A DNA stretch of 37,092 nt. It comes from a virus. Taxonomy: Duplodnaviria; Caudoviricetes. The position numbers were made by a program, and so were the translations under genes. Of this stretch, positions 8,772 through 19,948 are shown piece after piece. The stretch spans positions 1 to 37,092 of the IMG/VR virus record IMGVR_UViG_3300008120_000330; one strand, 5' to 3'. The number at the start of each line of letters is the position of its first letter. The first letter of the stretch is position 1. A model generated the notes under the pieces. The model searched no databases and was not told the DNA's origin. It saw only the letters and a program-made list of their open reading frames with translations.

Positions 8772-9665
8772 ATGGCAGTTCGTAGAACCGGAAGTGCAGA
8801 TGCAATGGAAGGAAGTGCACTGGCGCGTCAGCAAATTGCCGCTGGGCGCACTATTTCGCAACCTTGGGGCGAACAGCGTTCTGCCATCACTGGCACTGGC
8901 GCTGGCAGTCGGGGTCAAAGCCAATTGCCATTGACCCAATATGAACGCACAATGGAGGCAATTAGAAACGTGCCCGCTTCATTCTGGATGGGCGGCCAAA
9001 CATCGGGTACTCCATCCGGTCAGGGTGGAGGCCAGACATCAGGTGGAGGCACGACGACAGGCGGGGGCAGTGCACCAGAAATCAGAGTTCCGCAACCAAC
9101 GGCACCAGCAGCGCAGTCTTCCAATGTGGACACATTGAGCAAGATGTATGCCGATGCCCTTGCCGAACTCCAGCGCCAGTACGGCGTGTCGCAGGAAAAT
9201 ATCAATGCGGCTATTGGCCGCATGGAAGCCGACCCGTACAACCGAGCCAATGCTTACGCCAATCTACAGATTGCTGCCCCCCGTGTCGCCGCAGACCCTC
9301 TTGCTGAGTACATGGCTGCCGCCGGTCTGTCCGGTGGCCAGTCGGCTGCAGCCCAACAGTTGTCGCAGGCCGAAGCCGACGCCTACCAGCAGGCGGTCAG
9401 AAATATGGCCAATATTATGACCACCTCGCAGGAGCAGGCAAACCTGTCCTTGAACATGCTTCGCCTTGGCTTGGAGAAGGAGCGTATTGGTGCTGTAACT
9501 GGATTGCAGCAACAGAATCTCCAGAATCAGTTGAATATGCGCAACAATATCGCTAGTCAAATTTCTAATATCTTTAGCGGACAGAATGTTGCGCCAGAAT
9601 CAATTCTTAAATTGATTGAGGCAGCGCTGGCGAAGACAAATACGAATCGTTGGGCGACGGCATGA
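8772..9665 (+). CDS. Putative internal virion/ejection protein
   Basis: Q/A/G-rich low-complexity helical protein in the ejection-protein position. Confidence 0.65.
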   Translation: MAVRRTGSADAMEGSALARQQIAAGRTISQPWGEQRSAITGTGAGSRGQSQLPLTQYERTMEAIRNVPASFWMGGQTSGTPSGQGGGQTSGGGTTTGGGSAPEIRVPQPTAPAAQSSNVDTLSKMYADALAELQRQYGVSQENINAAIGRMEADPYNRANAYANLQIAAPRVAADPLAEYMAAAGLSGGQSAAAQQLSQAEADAYQQAVRNMANIMTTSQEQANLSLNMLRLGLEKERIGAVTGLQQQNLQNQLNMRNNIASQISNIFSGQNVAPESILKLIEAALAKTNTNRWATA

Positions 9666-11080
9666 CACCCGAAGAAGAGGCAATGCTTGCGTACATGATG
9701 GGCTACGGTACCTACGGCCTGCCATTAATGCCAAGCGCGGCATCGCAATTGAATCTCGTGCAGGATGCTGGCATGATGACGTTTGACCCCGTCTTCATGT
9801 ACAACTCAGGTTTGATTACGCCCGACATGCTGTTGATGCAGATTCGCAATGCCACGCATGAACCGGTTGGCGATGCGAATGAATACGATTATGAGTCAAT
9901 GCTCAATCGCGCGTCAGCCGCTGGTGAACAGGAATTGCTCCAGGGCATGAGCGACATTATGAATGGCGTCAACACCGCCAGCGGTTATGTCCGTAGGCTG
10001 AAGGCAAAACTACTGGACGCCGACCCCGAGACATCCTCTGCCCGCATGTCGTTGTACGACAGCATGCAGAGTGAACTCGAGAAGTTTGAGAAGGTGTGGA
10101 GCAACTACCAGATTGTCGAAGAGAAGCGGCAAACTGGAGAATACTTTATTGACGAGTCAACTGGGATGCTGATGAAGCCTCTCCTTGGCGAAAAGGCCAG
10201 AGAGAATCTTCGTGCTATGGGATGGAAGGGTCCGTTGTCGGAACCTGAGTTCTGGCGAACCATTCCAGATATGGCGACCGTGGACCAGGCGGCGAAACTG
10301 CAGGAGCAGTTGCGCCCGCAGATGGAAGCGTATGAGCGCGACCAGGAGATTGTTGAATCAGGCTGGAAGACCCGCGGCTGGAAGGATATCGAAGACGCGT
10401 ACCAGCGCGCCCTCACCCAGTTCAGCATGCCACAGACGACGCGTCAACTTGGTTACGAAGAACTTGGAACCATCAATGGATTCAATGTAATTCTTCGCCA
10501 GGAAGAGGGAAAGACAAAGGCGTATAGGTACGACTCAAACGGCAAACTCAAGGCCATTTCTCAACCGTTGAGTGATACAGAAATATCTCAATTGCGCAAT
10601 GAATCCGCTGACAGAAAATACAATCCCGGAAAATACCGCCAGGAAATCAAACTTCCCAATAGCGGAAAAATTGTGTATGAAGCGGGCAAGTCTTATCTCG
10701 AAACTACCGCACCTGGCGGCAGGCCCACAACAAGAACTGAAGTCAAATCTTCGACAAAGCAACCGACGCAGGAGCAGAAGTCGCAGGACTACTGGGCCAG
10801 GCAGGCTGCTTATTACACAGCCAAGGGTATGGGCGAAGAGCGCCAGAGGAAGAAGGAAGTTGCCGCAAATGCTGAAGCGCAAGTTGCGGCCAAAATGTTA
10901 GAAGCCCAACAGAGGGGAACAGTCCCTGCTTTGCAGTGGTTGCAGCGTATGCCGCAGTTGGCGGCACTCGCTGCCATGCCGGCTCCTGAAAAGCCAAAAG
11001 CAACTCGTCCAGCACCGCGAGTTCTTTCGGACCAAGAGATTGACACAATGGCCAACATGATTGCTGGAGGAATGCAGTAG
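9662..11080 (+). CDS. Putative internal virion/ejection protein
   Basis: ATGA coupling; ~470 aa helical protein preceding the giant ORF. Confidence 0.65.
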   Translation: MTPEEEAMLAYMMGYGTYGLPLMPSAASQLNLVQDAGMMTFDPVFMYNSGLITPDMLLMQIRNATHEPVGDANEYDYESMLNRASAAGEQELLQGMSDIMNGVNTASGYVRRLKAKLLDADPETSSARMSLYDSMQSELEKFEKVWSNYQIVEEKRQTGEYFIDESTGMLMKPLLGEKARENLRAMGWKGPLSEPEFWRTIPDMATVDQAAKLQEQLRPQMEAYERDQEIVESGWKTRGWKDIEDAYQRALTQFSMPQTTRQLGYEELGTINGFNVILRQEEGKTKAYRYDSNGKLKAISQPLSDTEISQLRNESADRKYNPGKYRQEIKLPNSGKIVYEAGKSYLETTAPGGRPTTRTEVKSSTKQPTQEQKSQDYWARQAAYYTAKGMGEERQRKKEVAANAEAQVAAKMLEAQQRGTVPALQWLQRMPQLAALAAMPAPEKPKATRPAPRVLSDQEIDTMANMIAGGMQ

Positions 11081-14000
11081 TGGCGACTTGGGAGGAAATC
11101 CTAAACGCAAATCCCAGGACTACGGCGACAGGAGGGCAGAGGACTACACCCGCTGTTGTTCGTCGCAGTGATGTCATGCGGCTACCACCTCCGACGAAGA
11201 CGGAGAGTTGGTCGCTTGGTGCTGACAAGCCCAAGAGCAAGGAAGCCGGTGGACTCATGGGTGTCCTCCAGGACATTCTTGAGAGTCCTGTCGGCAAGGT
11301 GGTTGGCAAGGCTGGAGAGATTATCTCCTTGCCCGGTCGCGTTATTCCTTCTGTTGCTCAGGAAATTGCTGATGCACTCGACAGTGACCCAAACACCAAT
11401 GCTTCGTGGAATGACCTTGGCAAGCAAATAACTGACCCGACATTTGGATGGGGAACAGTATTCGGTGATGTGTTCTCGGATGACAGTTTCTGGGGTAGGT
11501 GGGGCAACAGAGCGCTAGGTTTTGTTGGTGACATTGTCACCGACCCCCTGACGTACGTTACATTTGGTGGCAGTCGAGCGCTCCGTATTGGCAGTGAAGT
11601 CGCTGGCGAAACTGCCGAACAGTTGTCGAAGCGTGCTGCACGCATTGGATTTAATCCAGTTACTGGGCGTTCGGGACGTGAGGCTCTTGCCGTTCGCGTT
11701 CTCGAAAAGACTGGTGATGCGGACCTCGCAAAGAGGGCGTACCGCTATGGTCGTTCAGCATTGGCGGACCAGAAAGATGAAGTGTTCGAGACGCTTGGAA
11801 TGGACCGAGCCGGCGTCTACTTCATGGGTCGTCGCGTTGGATTCACAAGAACTGGCCAGGCCCTTGAAGGCTCGCTTGCTTCTATGCGCACGTGGTCTGG
11901 CGACCACTTGTTCAAGCGTGCAGCAGATGTATTTACGCCCGACGATGTTGCGGATGCTAGAAAGGCTCTGGCTCGTGGCACGGCACCGACTGAACGCGCT
12001 GCAAAATATCTACACATGGTTGTATCGGACAACACCAGACGCAAGGCCGTTGGCGCAGCATCGCGCAAGGCTTCTGCCCTTGTTGACGGACTCATCAAGG
12101 AAGTCGGTGAAAAGGATTTCAGGGCGGCAACGCCCAATGTGCGGAAGATTCTTGAAGGAGAACTTCCGTTTGTCGACCCCGTGACAGGTCTTGCGACGAC
12201 AGTTGAACAGCGCGTTGCCGGCAAGTTGCGCGATTGGTTTGATGTGCTTTGGAATGATATTGATACTGCGGCCAAGGCCGTTGACCCGGCTTACGAAGCC
12301 AGCAGGGTCAAGAACTATTTCCCTCACATGATGACGGACGATGCTCTGTTCTATGTGACGAGCAAGAACACAAAGAACACATCGGCATTGAGGGAGATTC
12401 TGTTCAACCCCCTCGATAATGCTGGTTCGTTCAAGCACAGAATGACACTCGACGATGAGTTCTTCGGGGTTCCCCTCAAGGATATTGATGGGCCAATTAC
12501 CGTCGACAGGCTGAATAAGATTGCCAACGATGCTGGTTTCAAGGGTGAGTTCTTTGAAACAAACGCAGCAACGGTCATGCAGAAGTATGTTGGTTCGTAC
12601 GCAGAGCAGATGGGCTTGATTGCGCGAAAGCAGTATCTGGTCGAGAAGGGCGTTTTCCAGCCCCTGTCCGATGTACTCAAGAAGTCAGACCCACAGGTAT
12701 TGAAGGACGCCAAGAAGGCGCTGAAGTTGGCTACCGAACGCCGCACTGCCGCAATTTCTTCTGCGGCAAGCAAAGCCCGTGAGGCTTTGTCTGCCGTGAA
12801 CAAGCAGGCTTTGACTGCTGCTGGAATCTACGACGCGGGCATCCTCCTTGATGATGCTATTGCGGACATGCTCGAACACAGCAATCGTTTGTCTGCCTTG
12901 TATGAAGAAGTGCCCGATGTAATTCGTTCCCTTGAATCCGATTACGAGGCTGTCGTCGCTCGCCTTGAATTTGCACGCGCCGCACTCACCGAGCCGCAGG
13001 CTCGGCTCGAAGATGTCCAGCGTGCGCTTGTGCGCGCAGAGGCCGATGCCCAGCGTCTATTCAACATTGAAGAGGAGATTGGCAAAGTCGGGGCATTCAT
13101 TCAGGAAAACCTCGACAAGATTATGAACGAGGGTTCATTCTCTGGTAGCGACGCAATTACCAATCTTGCTAGGGAATTGAAGGAAGCGGTATCGACCGGC
13201 GTACCCGTCGATGTTGAGGGTAAGCGAGTCGAGGCGCTTATTGCCGCCTCCAAAGAATCATGGTGGAAGGTAGCAAACCCCGACAACAGCATTACTGTCG
13301 ATTCGCTCAAGAATATGAGCGAGAAGCGGGTTGCCGAAATAGTTGAATCATCAATCCGTGGCAATGCCACAGTTGGGGAGATGCGTCAGGCATTGCTGTG
13401 GGTTGCTTCCGCCAACCCTCGCCTGCGTACATCTCAGCCCGAAATGTGGGAGTCGCTGTTTGGACCCAACGGCGTAATGAGAAAAGCCGCAGACGCAGAC
13501 AGAATCCATAGGAGTCTCAACGAAAGCCGATTCAAGGGTCGTCGTGCGGCGACAATTGCGGCACGACGCTCTAATTTGATTTCAGCGGAGCGTTCGCTTG
13601 CCGTTGGCATCAGAGAGTATGTTGCTTCTCGCAGGCTTGCCAACGAATTCCTGAACGCCGATACCGTCATGGGGCGCGCAATTGCTGACGCAAAGATTGC
13701 TCAGCCTATGGACAGATTGGCCGAACTGCTGGTTCGGCCCGAGTACATGGCAGTACGCCACTACTTCGATGGACTTCTTGGTCTCGCTGAAGATGCGGGA
13801 TTCCAGGGAGTGCCCAGGGAATTGGATGTCGACGACATCATGAAGATTCTCAAGGGCATCGGTTCGAACTTTGAAAACTCCAAGTCAATTACCGTCACGG
13901 TTGGATACGACACGACTGGCAAGATTGGCTCGAAGGCCATTGAGAAGTCGCTCACTATTGACATGTCGAACATGGTCGATGATGTTGAATGGCTGATTCG

Positions 14001-17000
14001 CTATGGTGACAACGACGATGTTGATTCATATATCGAAGGAATTACCAGGGGGACAATCACCGACAGCATCACCGTGCCGACGCAGAAGTCACGCGGTGCT
14101 CGGCGTGGTGGGAAGATTGTTGACATCGGTAAGGAAAAGCGCCCGGTTGATGCGGGCAAGGGAGCGCGTGACCGGCTGCAGGCCAGGATTCTGGGCTTTG
14201 AAGATAGTGCGGAGTTCCGTGAAGAACTTGCTGAAAAGGCTTTGCGCGAAGGCGATGCGCTTGGGTCGGCGATTCAGAGCGTAAAAGCAATTGGTAATTA
14301 TTTTGATGCCAATGCAATCAAGAAATCTCTTGTTGAAGTAGTGAAGCGCGAGGCCAGGGAGAATTCTCTTCGTGGCCAGTTGCAAGCACTCGATGCAGAA
14401 ATCGCACGCGAATTCCCGGACATCCCCGTTCAGTACTTTGGTACTGAAATAAACAAGCGTGGCAAATTGATTGGGGGTGTCCGAGACGTAGCGGATGTTG
14501 TCCGCTCCGACTCGTCCGACCAATTGCAAGACCTGTTGACAAAGTTGTGGTTTGTTGCTGATGTTGAAAAGCGCATTGCCGCAACTGTCGATGTATATGC
14601 ATCGGCCAATATGGTGCCGGGTCTTGGTGTTGTCCAAGAAATTTACAATCGCGTTGCTCGTGATTTCCTGGACCGCATTGGTTCCGTATCCGAAAGCCAG
14701 GCCAATGCCTGGAGCGCTCTCAGGGATATTCAGTACAAGATTCTCAACGGCGAATACGACAGCCCGGCTAAGGCATACGAGGCAATTGAAGAAGCAATTA
14801 AGACTCCAGCCATTTCCCGTGCTGTTGCAAAGGCGCGAGGCAATGCTGATGCGCCTAGACTTCTTCGCAAGTTGAATCAGTTTGGTGGACTCAGAAGTAG
14901 TACCGTAGAGTTCAAGGAACTCAAAGCGACTAATCTCGATGTCGCCCAGTCGATGCGCAAAGAAATGATAGAGGAATTGCGCGATTGGTACCAGGCTGTA
15001 TTTCCTGGAGCAAAGCGCAATACTGGGCTTCCTATAATCAAGGAACAACTAGAAATTATTGTCAAGTCCGAGCCTGGTGTCAAGCGCAAGATTGGCAATA
15101 AGTGGGTTACGGTCGAGCGCTATGGACCAAATGCTTCGATGGAAGAACTGTCGTCGTGGTTGGCTGAAACAATCAAGTCAGTCGGGGGTGACAACAGGTC
15201 AACGCGTCGTAATGTTTTGTGGCTCCAGCGTGCGGCAGACCCGTTTATTGACCCATACGACAAGGCGGTGTTCGGCTCTCGTCAGTGGAACGTAAATGTT
15301 CCATCTTCACTTGGAGCATCGCTGCGAGCAACAGCCGCCCAACTTGAAGAAGCAGTTGCTGCCGTAAGACTTGCCGACGAAGCAAGTGCTGCGGCCAAGC
15401 AGGCTCTCGAAAAGCAGCAGACCGAATTGTCGGAGTTGGAGTTGCTTGCGGAAACACTCGGCATCCCTGCTGGCCAAAGGCCGCGGATGCCGCTGACAAA
15501 AGCACAACGCGAAGGGATGACGCAAGAAGACTTGTCAAAGGTGCGCGATGTTGTGCGCAGCATTTTTGAAATCAAGAACTCTCCAGATTATTTGGCGGCG
15601 GTTGAGCGTCGTGGATTGAACGATGTAATCATGATGCTCGCTGACGTAGCCAGCGAGGGTGGGGTAAAGATTCCTCTGGTCAGAACTCATGTGACCAAGG
15701 CTCGTGAATTATTCGACACGGGTATTGAAATCTTTATTAGGCGAGATGAGAACAGCAAGTGGGTTCCGGTCACTTCGCGTGGTCAGATTACTGATGATGT
15801 AAAGCCAGGTAATGTGGGCCAGAAGTATTGGTCGCTTGCTCGCGGAACAACTAAACGTGACGGCGGGCAGTTTGTGCCAGACGCCGCCAAGAATGTCCGC
15901 AACAAAAAGACTATTGAGAAGTTCTACAAGCGCATCGATGAACTCGATGCGATGCGCACGAGCAGAAAGATTTCGGAGAAGAAGTATCAAGCCGAAATCA
16001 ATAAGATATACGACGACCTGGATAGATTGGGACGTAATACCGAATCGGTAAGTCAGACCGAAAACATCGTCCCAATTCTGAGCGAAGGAAAGGAAGAACT
16101 ACGGAAGTACGTTCGTTCTCTTGAGAATCAACGCACCAAGTTGGTTATTGAAAAAAACAATATTCAGGGTGGCGTTGGCAGTATCACGGACGAGACAGCC
16201 GCTAAGTTGCGGGCCGCCAAGCAGGTTGAGATTGATGAACTAAGCAAGAGTATTGAAGAAGCGAATGTCAAACTGTCTAGACGTATTGACGCATCGCGCT
16301 TTGTCCAGCGCGATGGTAGTGATATTCAGTTCAGCGCAGAGGAAATTGAATCATTGTTCCTTACCGCTGGTGACACCGCTGGCGTAGAGAGACTGGCAGC
16401 CGAAGGCCGTCGAGTCGATACCTACTTGCTTGAACTTGAATACAACAGAACAAACGGCCGCATTGGCAATGCCGTCAAGAAGTTGTTGCGCGAGCAGCAG
16501 ATGTCAGATGAAACACGCGCTCTGTTGGAGCGCTGGCTCTCGCGTCCTTCGACAACCTACGGAGACAGGCCGTTGGAGTTCGTGAGTGCCGCCGGTTCGA
16601 AGGTCAGTTTCTTCGAGGCAATAGTCAAGCCGACAATTGATGCGGAGATTAAGCGCCTAACGGAATATCGCAACCGTATTCAGATGTTGATTCGTGCTTC
16701 GCAGCCCGATGTGCAACGCTCGGCCCTAATGAAGGCGCACTTCATCAACCAGGGATTGAAGAATGGTGATTTCACCATTGACGAATTGACTGGTGGTATT
16801 TCCAGGTTGCCCCGCAATTCATCGCCGTGGCAGACCACGGCTCGTAGAGGTCACCTCGAAAGGGTGTGGAGCCAGTCGGTGGACAAGAAGGTTCTCGACA
16901 AGGTCGATGAACTCGAGCGCACGGCACAGGCTGCGAAGTATCGTGAAATCGTGAAGTCAAAGGAGGCGGCTGCCGACCTTGCCGCTCGTATGCGCGAACA

Positions 17001-19221
17001 GGCAGACAAACTGGATACTGATGCACGCGGCAAACTTGGTGTTGCCGAAGGCATTGCTACCAAGATGGTTCAAACGATGGAGCAGATGACTTCTCGTCTT
17101 GGTGATGACATTGAGTACGATGTCATGGCTCGCTACGACCAACTTGTGAACCCAATCCAGGGAAGCCGCTCGAAGCGGCTGAAACCAACTGAGGCAATAG
17201 AAAAAATTCGTGACGAGATTCTGGAACTGCGTCCGATTGAGAAGGGGCCGGTTGGTCCATCGGGCACAATGCTTGTTCGTGGTGCTGATGATGCGGCCAA
17301 TGCCGCTGAAATCAAGAGACTTGCAGACCAGGCGATTTACTACTCCAAGGAACTCGAACCCAACTTCGATATGGCGACTGGCCGCATGACACTGGGTCTT
17401 GAGGTTAGTTTGCGCAAGCGGGCTGTCGCCGCAATTGCCGACCAGAAGGAAGACCTCGCTGGAGAACTCGAGAAGACCAAGAAGGCTTGGGCCAAAGAGC
17501 AGAAGGCTCTCGCTAAGCCATTGAAGTCGGCGGCCAAGGATGCTCAGAAGCGTTTGGTGAAAGCCGGCAAGACGCAGGTTGATGCAATGGCCAAGTTCGA
17601 TAGTGCTGAATTGTTTGCGATGAGCGCGGCTGAGTACGCCGAAACAATTATCCCCAAGTTGCACGCCAACCGTGAGCGGTTGGCTACTCTCATGGGAGAC
17701 ATTGAGAAATTCCTGAAGCGTACTGACAACGACATGGCGTTTGTTGGTGATGTGCTCGCATGGTTGGACGAGGCCGATTCAATCATCGATGACCTGCTAC
17801 CCCAGAGCAGCGCCGACCAGATTGACATTATGACCAGGCTTCGCACCGACCTGGCTAATCTCGAATATGAGTTTATGTCGTCGACAAACCAGGAACAGTT
17901 CCTTCAGAAGTTCAACGCTGGTCTCGCAGATGGTACTGTCGGTCAACGAATTGTCAAGGAGGTCGACAAGGCCAAGGGATTTGTTAGCCTGCAAGCATAC
18001 GGCATGCCCTCATACCAGGCGGAGAAGTGGCTAAGCGACATGTATGTAAACATGTCGCGTCTCCAGGTTCCCGAATTTGCCAGGGCACTCAGCAAGTTCC
18101 TCAGCAAGTACACCGGATTCTTTAAGGCATACGCAGTATCGACGCCTGGATTCGTTGTTCGAAACAGCATGGGCAATACATTCATGTGCATTGCTGGTGG
18201 TGCTGATATCGGAAACATGACCGAGGGACTACGCCTGTACAGGGCTTGGCGTGGAGCGGTCAAGACTGGCGACGAAGCGGGATGGCTTGCCAAGCAAGAC
18301 CCGCGCGTGACTACCGCTATCGCAGCAATGGACGCATCAGGATACGGTCGCGCTACGGAAGCGTTGAGGATGTTTAATCCCAAGCGCAAGTGGCTGGTTG
18401 ACAATGGATACGTCAATGCTTTCCGAAAGGCCAATGAAGTATCGGAAGGTTCGGCTCGCTTTATGCTCGCCTGGGACACCGTTGTGAAGGGCGGAGACTT
18501 CAACGATGCGACAGCCAGGGTCAAGCGATTCTTGTTTGACTACAGCACGACGACACCGGCGGACACGGTGATGCGTCAGTTCGTCCCATTCTGGTTCTGG
18601 ATGTCGCGCAACCTGCCAATGCAGATTGTGAACCAGTACGAGAATCCTCGTGCTTACCTCATGTACCAGAGAGTGACGAACTCAATTCGTGCCGAAGAAG
18701 ACGAGGGCGAAGTCGTGCCCAAGTGGTTGCGCGAATCGGGTGGCGTGAAGATTGCCGATGGCCTGTACGTAAACCCCGACTTCGGATTCAATAAACTGAA
18801 TCAGCAATTGTCCGAACTGGCCGACCCAATGCGGCTGACCTCTTATGTCAACCCTGGTCTTCGCGTGCCGCTCGAAGCAGTCTTCGCAAAGCGCAAAATG
18901 TACACCGACACGCAGTTCAGCGAAAAGGCGCAGGAAGTTACGGGTGGTGCGTTTTCCCCGGCAGTATCCGCTTTGGCGGTTCTGTTGGGCCAGTCAAAGG
19001 AATTGCCAGACGGCAGCATGGGCACGACCGACAGATTCAACTACGCAATGAACAACCTCGTTCCGCCGTTGGCGCAACTCAGTCGTTTGTCTGGCGAAGA
19101 TGATTACAACAAGGAGCGTCGTCGCAGTAACTGGGCAAGTTACTTCGGCATCCCCGTGCGCGAGGTCACTGATTCGATGATTGAAGCAGAGTTGCGTCGC
19201 AGAAAGCGAGAAGGTGAGTAA
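11080..19221 (+). CDS. Giant ejection / DNA-delivery protein (2713 aa); C-terminus resembles large-polyvalent-protein (LPD38-like) regions
   Basis: Uninterrupted 8.1 kb ORF; GFVGDIVTDPLTYV near the N-terminus; NYFPH; C-terminal PGFVVRN...FLFDYS...FVPFWFW typical of large podophage internal proteins. Confidence 0.75.
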   Translation: MATWEEILNANPRTTATGGQRTTPAVVRRSDVMRLPPPTKTESWSLGADKPKSKEAGGLMGVLQDILESPVGKVVGKAGEIISLPGRVIPSVAQEIADALDSDPNTNASWNDLGKQITDPTFGWGTVFGDVFSDDSFWGRWGNRALGFVGDIVTDPLTYVTFGGSRALRIGSEVAGETAEQLSKRAARIGFNPVTGRSGREALAVRVLEKTGDADLAKRAYRYGRSALADQKDEVFETLGMDRAGVYFMGRRVGFTRTGQALEGSLASMRTWSGDHLFKRAADVFTPDDVADARKALARGTAPTERAAKYLHMVVSDNTRRKAVGAASRKASALVDGLIKEVGEKDFRAATPNVRKILEGELPFVDPVTGLATTVEQRVAGKLRDWFDVLWNDIDTAAKAVDPAYEASRVKNYFPHMMTDDALFYVTSKNTKNTSALREILFNPLDNAGSFKHRMTLDDEFFGVPLKDIDGPITVDRLNKIANDAGFKGEFFETNAATVMQKYVGSYAEQMGLIARKQYLVEKGVFQPLSDVLKKSDPQVLKDAKKALKLATERRTAAISSAASKAREALSAVNKQALTAAGIYDAGILLDDAIADMLEHSNRLSALYEEVPDVIRSLESDYEAVVARLEFARAALTEPQARLEDVQRALVRAEADAQRLFNIEEEIGKVGAFIQENLDKIMNEGSFSGSDAITNLARELKEAVSTGVPVDVEGKRVEALIAASKESWWKVANPDNSITVDSLKNMSEKRVAEIVESSIRGNATVGEMRQALLWVASANPRLRTSQPEMWESLFGPNGVMRKAADADRIHRSLNESRFKGRRAATIAARRSNLISAERSLAVGIREYVASRRLANEFLNADTVMGRAIADAKIAQPMDRLAELLVRPEYMAVRHYFDGLLGLAEDAGFQGVPRELDVDDIMKILKGIGSNFENSKSITVTVGYDTTGKIGSKAIEKSLTIDMSNMVDDVEWLIRYGDNDDVDSYIEGITRGTITDSITVPTQKSRGARRGGKIVDIGKEKRPVDAGKGARDRLQARILGFEDSAEFREELAEKALREGDALGSAIQSVKAIGNYFDANAIKKSLVEVVKREARENSLRGQLQALDAEIAREFPDIPVQYFGTEINKRGKLIGGVRDVADVVRSDSSDQLQDLLTKLWFVADVEKRIAATVDVYASANMVPGLGVVQEIYNRVARDFLDRIGSVSESQANAWSALRDIQYKILNGEYDSPAKAYEAIEEAIKTPAISRAVAKARGNADAPRLLRKLNQFGGLRSSTVEFKELKATNLDVAQSMRKEMIEELRDWYQAVFPGAKRNTGLPIIKEQLEIIVKSEPGVKRKIGNKWVTVERYGPNASMEELSSWLAETIKSVGGDNRSTRRNVLWLQRAADPFIDPYDKAVFGSRQWNVNVPSSLGASLRATAAQLEEAVAAVRLADEASAAAKQALEKQQTELSELELLAETLGIPAGQRPRMPLTKAQREGMTQEDLSKVRDVVRSIFEIKNSPDYLAAVERRGLNDVIMMLADVASEGGVKIPLVRTHVTKARELFDTGIEIFIRRDENSKWVPVTSRGQITDDVKPGNVGQKYWSLARGTTKRDGGQFVPDAAKNVRNKKTIEKFYKRIDELDAMRTSRKISEKKYQAEINKIYDDLDRLGRNTESVSQTENIVPILSEGKEELRKYVRSLENQRTKLVIEKNNIQGGVGSITDETAAKLRAAKQVEIDELSKSIEEANVKLSRRIDASRFVQRDGSDIQFSAEEIESLFLTAGDTAGVERLAAEGRRVDTYLLELEYNRTNGRIGNAVKKLLREQQMSDETRALLERWLSRPSTTYGDRPLEFVSAAGSKVSFFEAIVKPTIDAEIKRLTEYRNRIQMLIRASQPDVQRSALMKAHFINQGLKNGDFTIDELTGGISRLPRNSSPWQTTARRGHLERVWSQSVDKKVLDKVDELERTAQAAKYREIVKSKEAAADLAARMREQADKLDTDARGKLGVAEGIATKMVQTMEQMTSRLGDDIEYDVMARYDQLVNPIQGSRSKRLKPTEAIEKIRDEILELRPIEKGPVGPSGTMLVRGADDAANAAEIKRLADQAIYYSKELEPNFDMATGRMTLGLEVSLRKRAVAAIADQKEDLAGELEKTKKAWAKEQKALAKPLKSAAKDAQKRLVKAGKTQVDAMAKFDSAELFAMSAAEYAETIIPKLHANRERLATLMGDIEKFLKRTDNDMAFVGDVLAWLDEADSIIDDLLPQSSADQIDIMTRLRTDLANLEYEFMSSTNQEQFLQKFNAGLADGTVGQRIVKEVDKAKGFVSLQAYGMPSYQAEKWLSDMYVNMSRLQVPEFARALSKFLSKYTGFFKAYAVSTPGFVVRNSMGNTFMCIAGGADIGNMTEGLRLYRAWRGAVKTGDEAGWLAKQDPRVTTAIAAMDASGYGRATEALRMFNPKRKWLVDNGYVNAFRKANEVSEGSARFMLAWDTVVKGGDFNDATARVKRFLFDYSTTTPADTVMRQFVPFWFWMSRNLPMQIVNQYENPRAYLMYQRVTNSIRAEEDEGEVVPKWLRESGGVKIADGLYVNPDFGFNKLNQQLSELADPMRLTSYVNPGLRVPLEAVFAKRKMYTDTQFSEKAQEVTGGAFSPAVSALAVLLGQSKELPDGSMGTTDRFNYAMNNLVPPLAQLSRLSGEDDYNKERRRSNWASYFGIPVREVTDSMIEAELRRRKREGE

Positions 19222-19709
19222 TGTTCGGTAAGAAGAACCGCAAGTACACGGGCTTTGATGGCAACGCCAAGGGGCGTCGACAGGGGACGAGCAAACTGAT
19301 TCAGTGGATTATGTTCCTGAACGCTGGCAAGTTCCGCAATCTTGGCTCATGGAATGTGCGTGACATGCGGGGCAAGGAAGGGAAGCCCAGCGTCCACGGA
19401 ACGGGGCGGGCTTTCGACATTGGGTTCAAGAACTACGAGGACGCTTGTGGCCTCATGGATTTCTTGGTGCGCCACAACGAGGCGCTAGGCATTGAGTACA
19501 TTGCCGACTATTACCCCGGCCCGTTTGGCCGGGGCTGGCGTTGCGACCGAAACGACTGGTCTATCTACAAGAAGAAGACGATGGCTGGTGCGCCGGGTGG
19601 CAAGTGGATTCATGTGGAGATTTCTCCCGAGGTGGCAGACGACGCAGGCTACTTCGATGCCGTGTTCGAGTGCCTGCTGTCGCCGGCCAAGGGGCAGTTG
19701 CCCTACTGA
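19221..19709 (+). CDS. Endolysin candidate, M15-like zinc peptidase
   Basis: SVHGTGRAFD (H-x6-D) plus WIHVE; last gene of the late arm. Confidence 0.7.
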   Translation: MFGKKNRKYTGFDGNAKGRRQGTSKLIQWIMFLNAGKFRNLGSWNVRDMRGKEGKPSVHGTGRAFDIGFKNYEDACGLMDFLVRHNEALGIEYIADYYPGPFGRGWRCDRNDWSIYKKKTMAGAPGGKWIHVEISPEVADDAGYFDAVFECLLSPAKGQLPY

Positions 19710-19948
19710 CCATCATTCATCGCAATGGTCAAAGACCTTGCGAGAATGTGAATCAACCCCATTAGTTCGAGGAGCGACGACATGCTCCCATTGCATGCGT
19801 CTTCGTACATTTCCATGAATTCGACTGCGCCTGGATGCGACACCATGAGGCTCACCTCATAGAAGGTGTCGGCGTCACGCACAATCTTCTCGGCTCGAGC
19901 CTGTAGGTCGGCTATGTCGTTGGGGTCAATTCCCTCGAAGTCGCTCAC
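19703..19948 (-). CDS. Hypothetical protein
   Basis: Last gene of the - strand arm; GTGA coupling with the upstream gene. Confidence 0.6.
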   Translation of the reverse strand: MSDFEGIDPNDIADLQARAEKIVRDADTFYEVSLMVSHPGAVEFMEMYEDACNGSMSSLLELMGLIHILARSLTIAMNDGQ

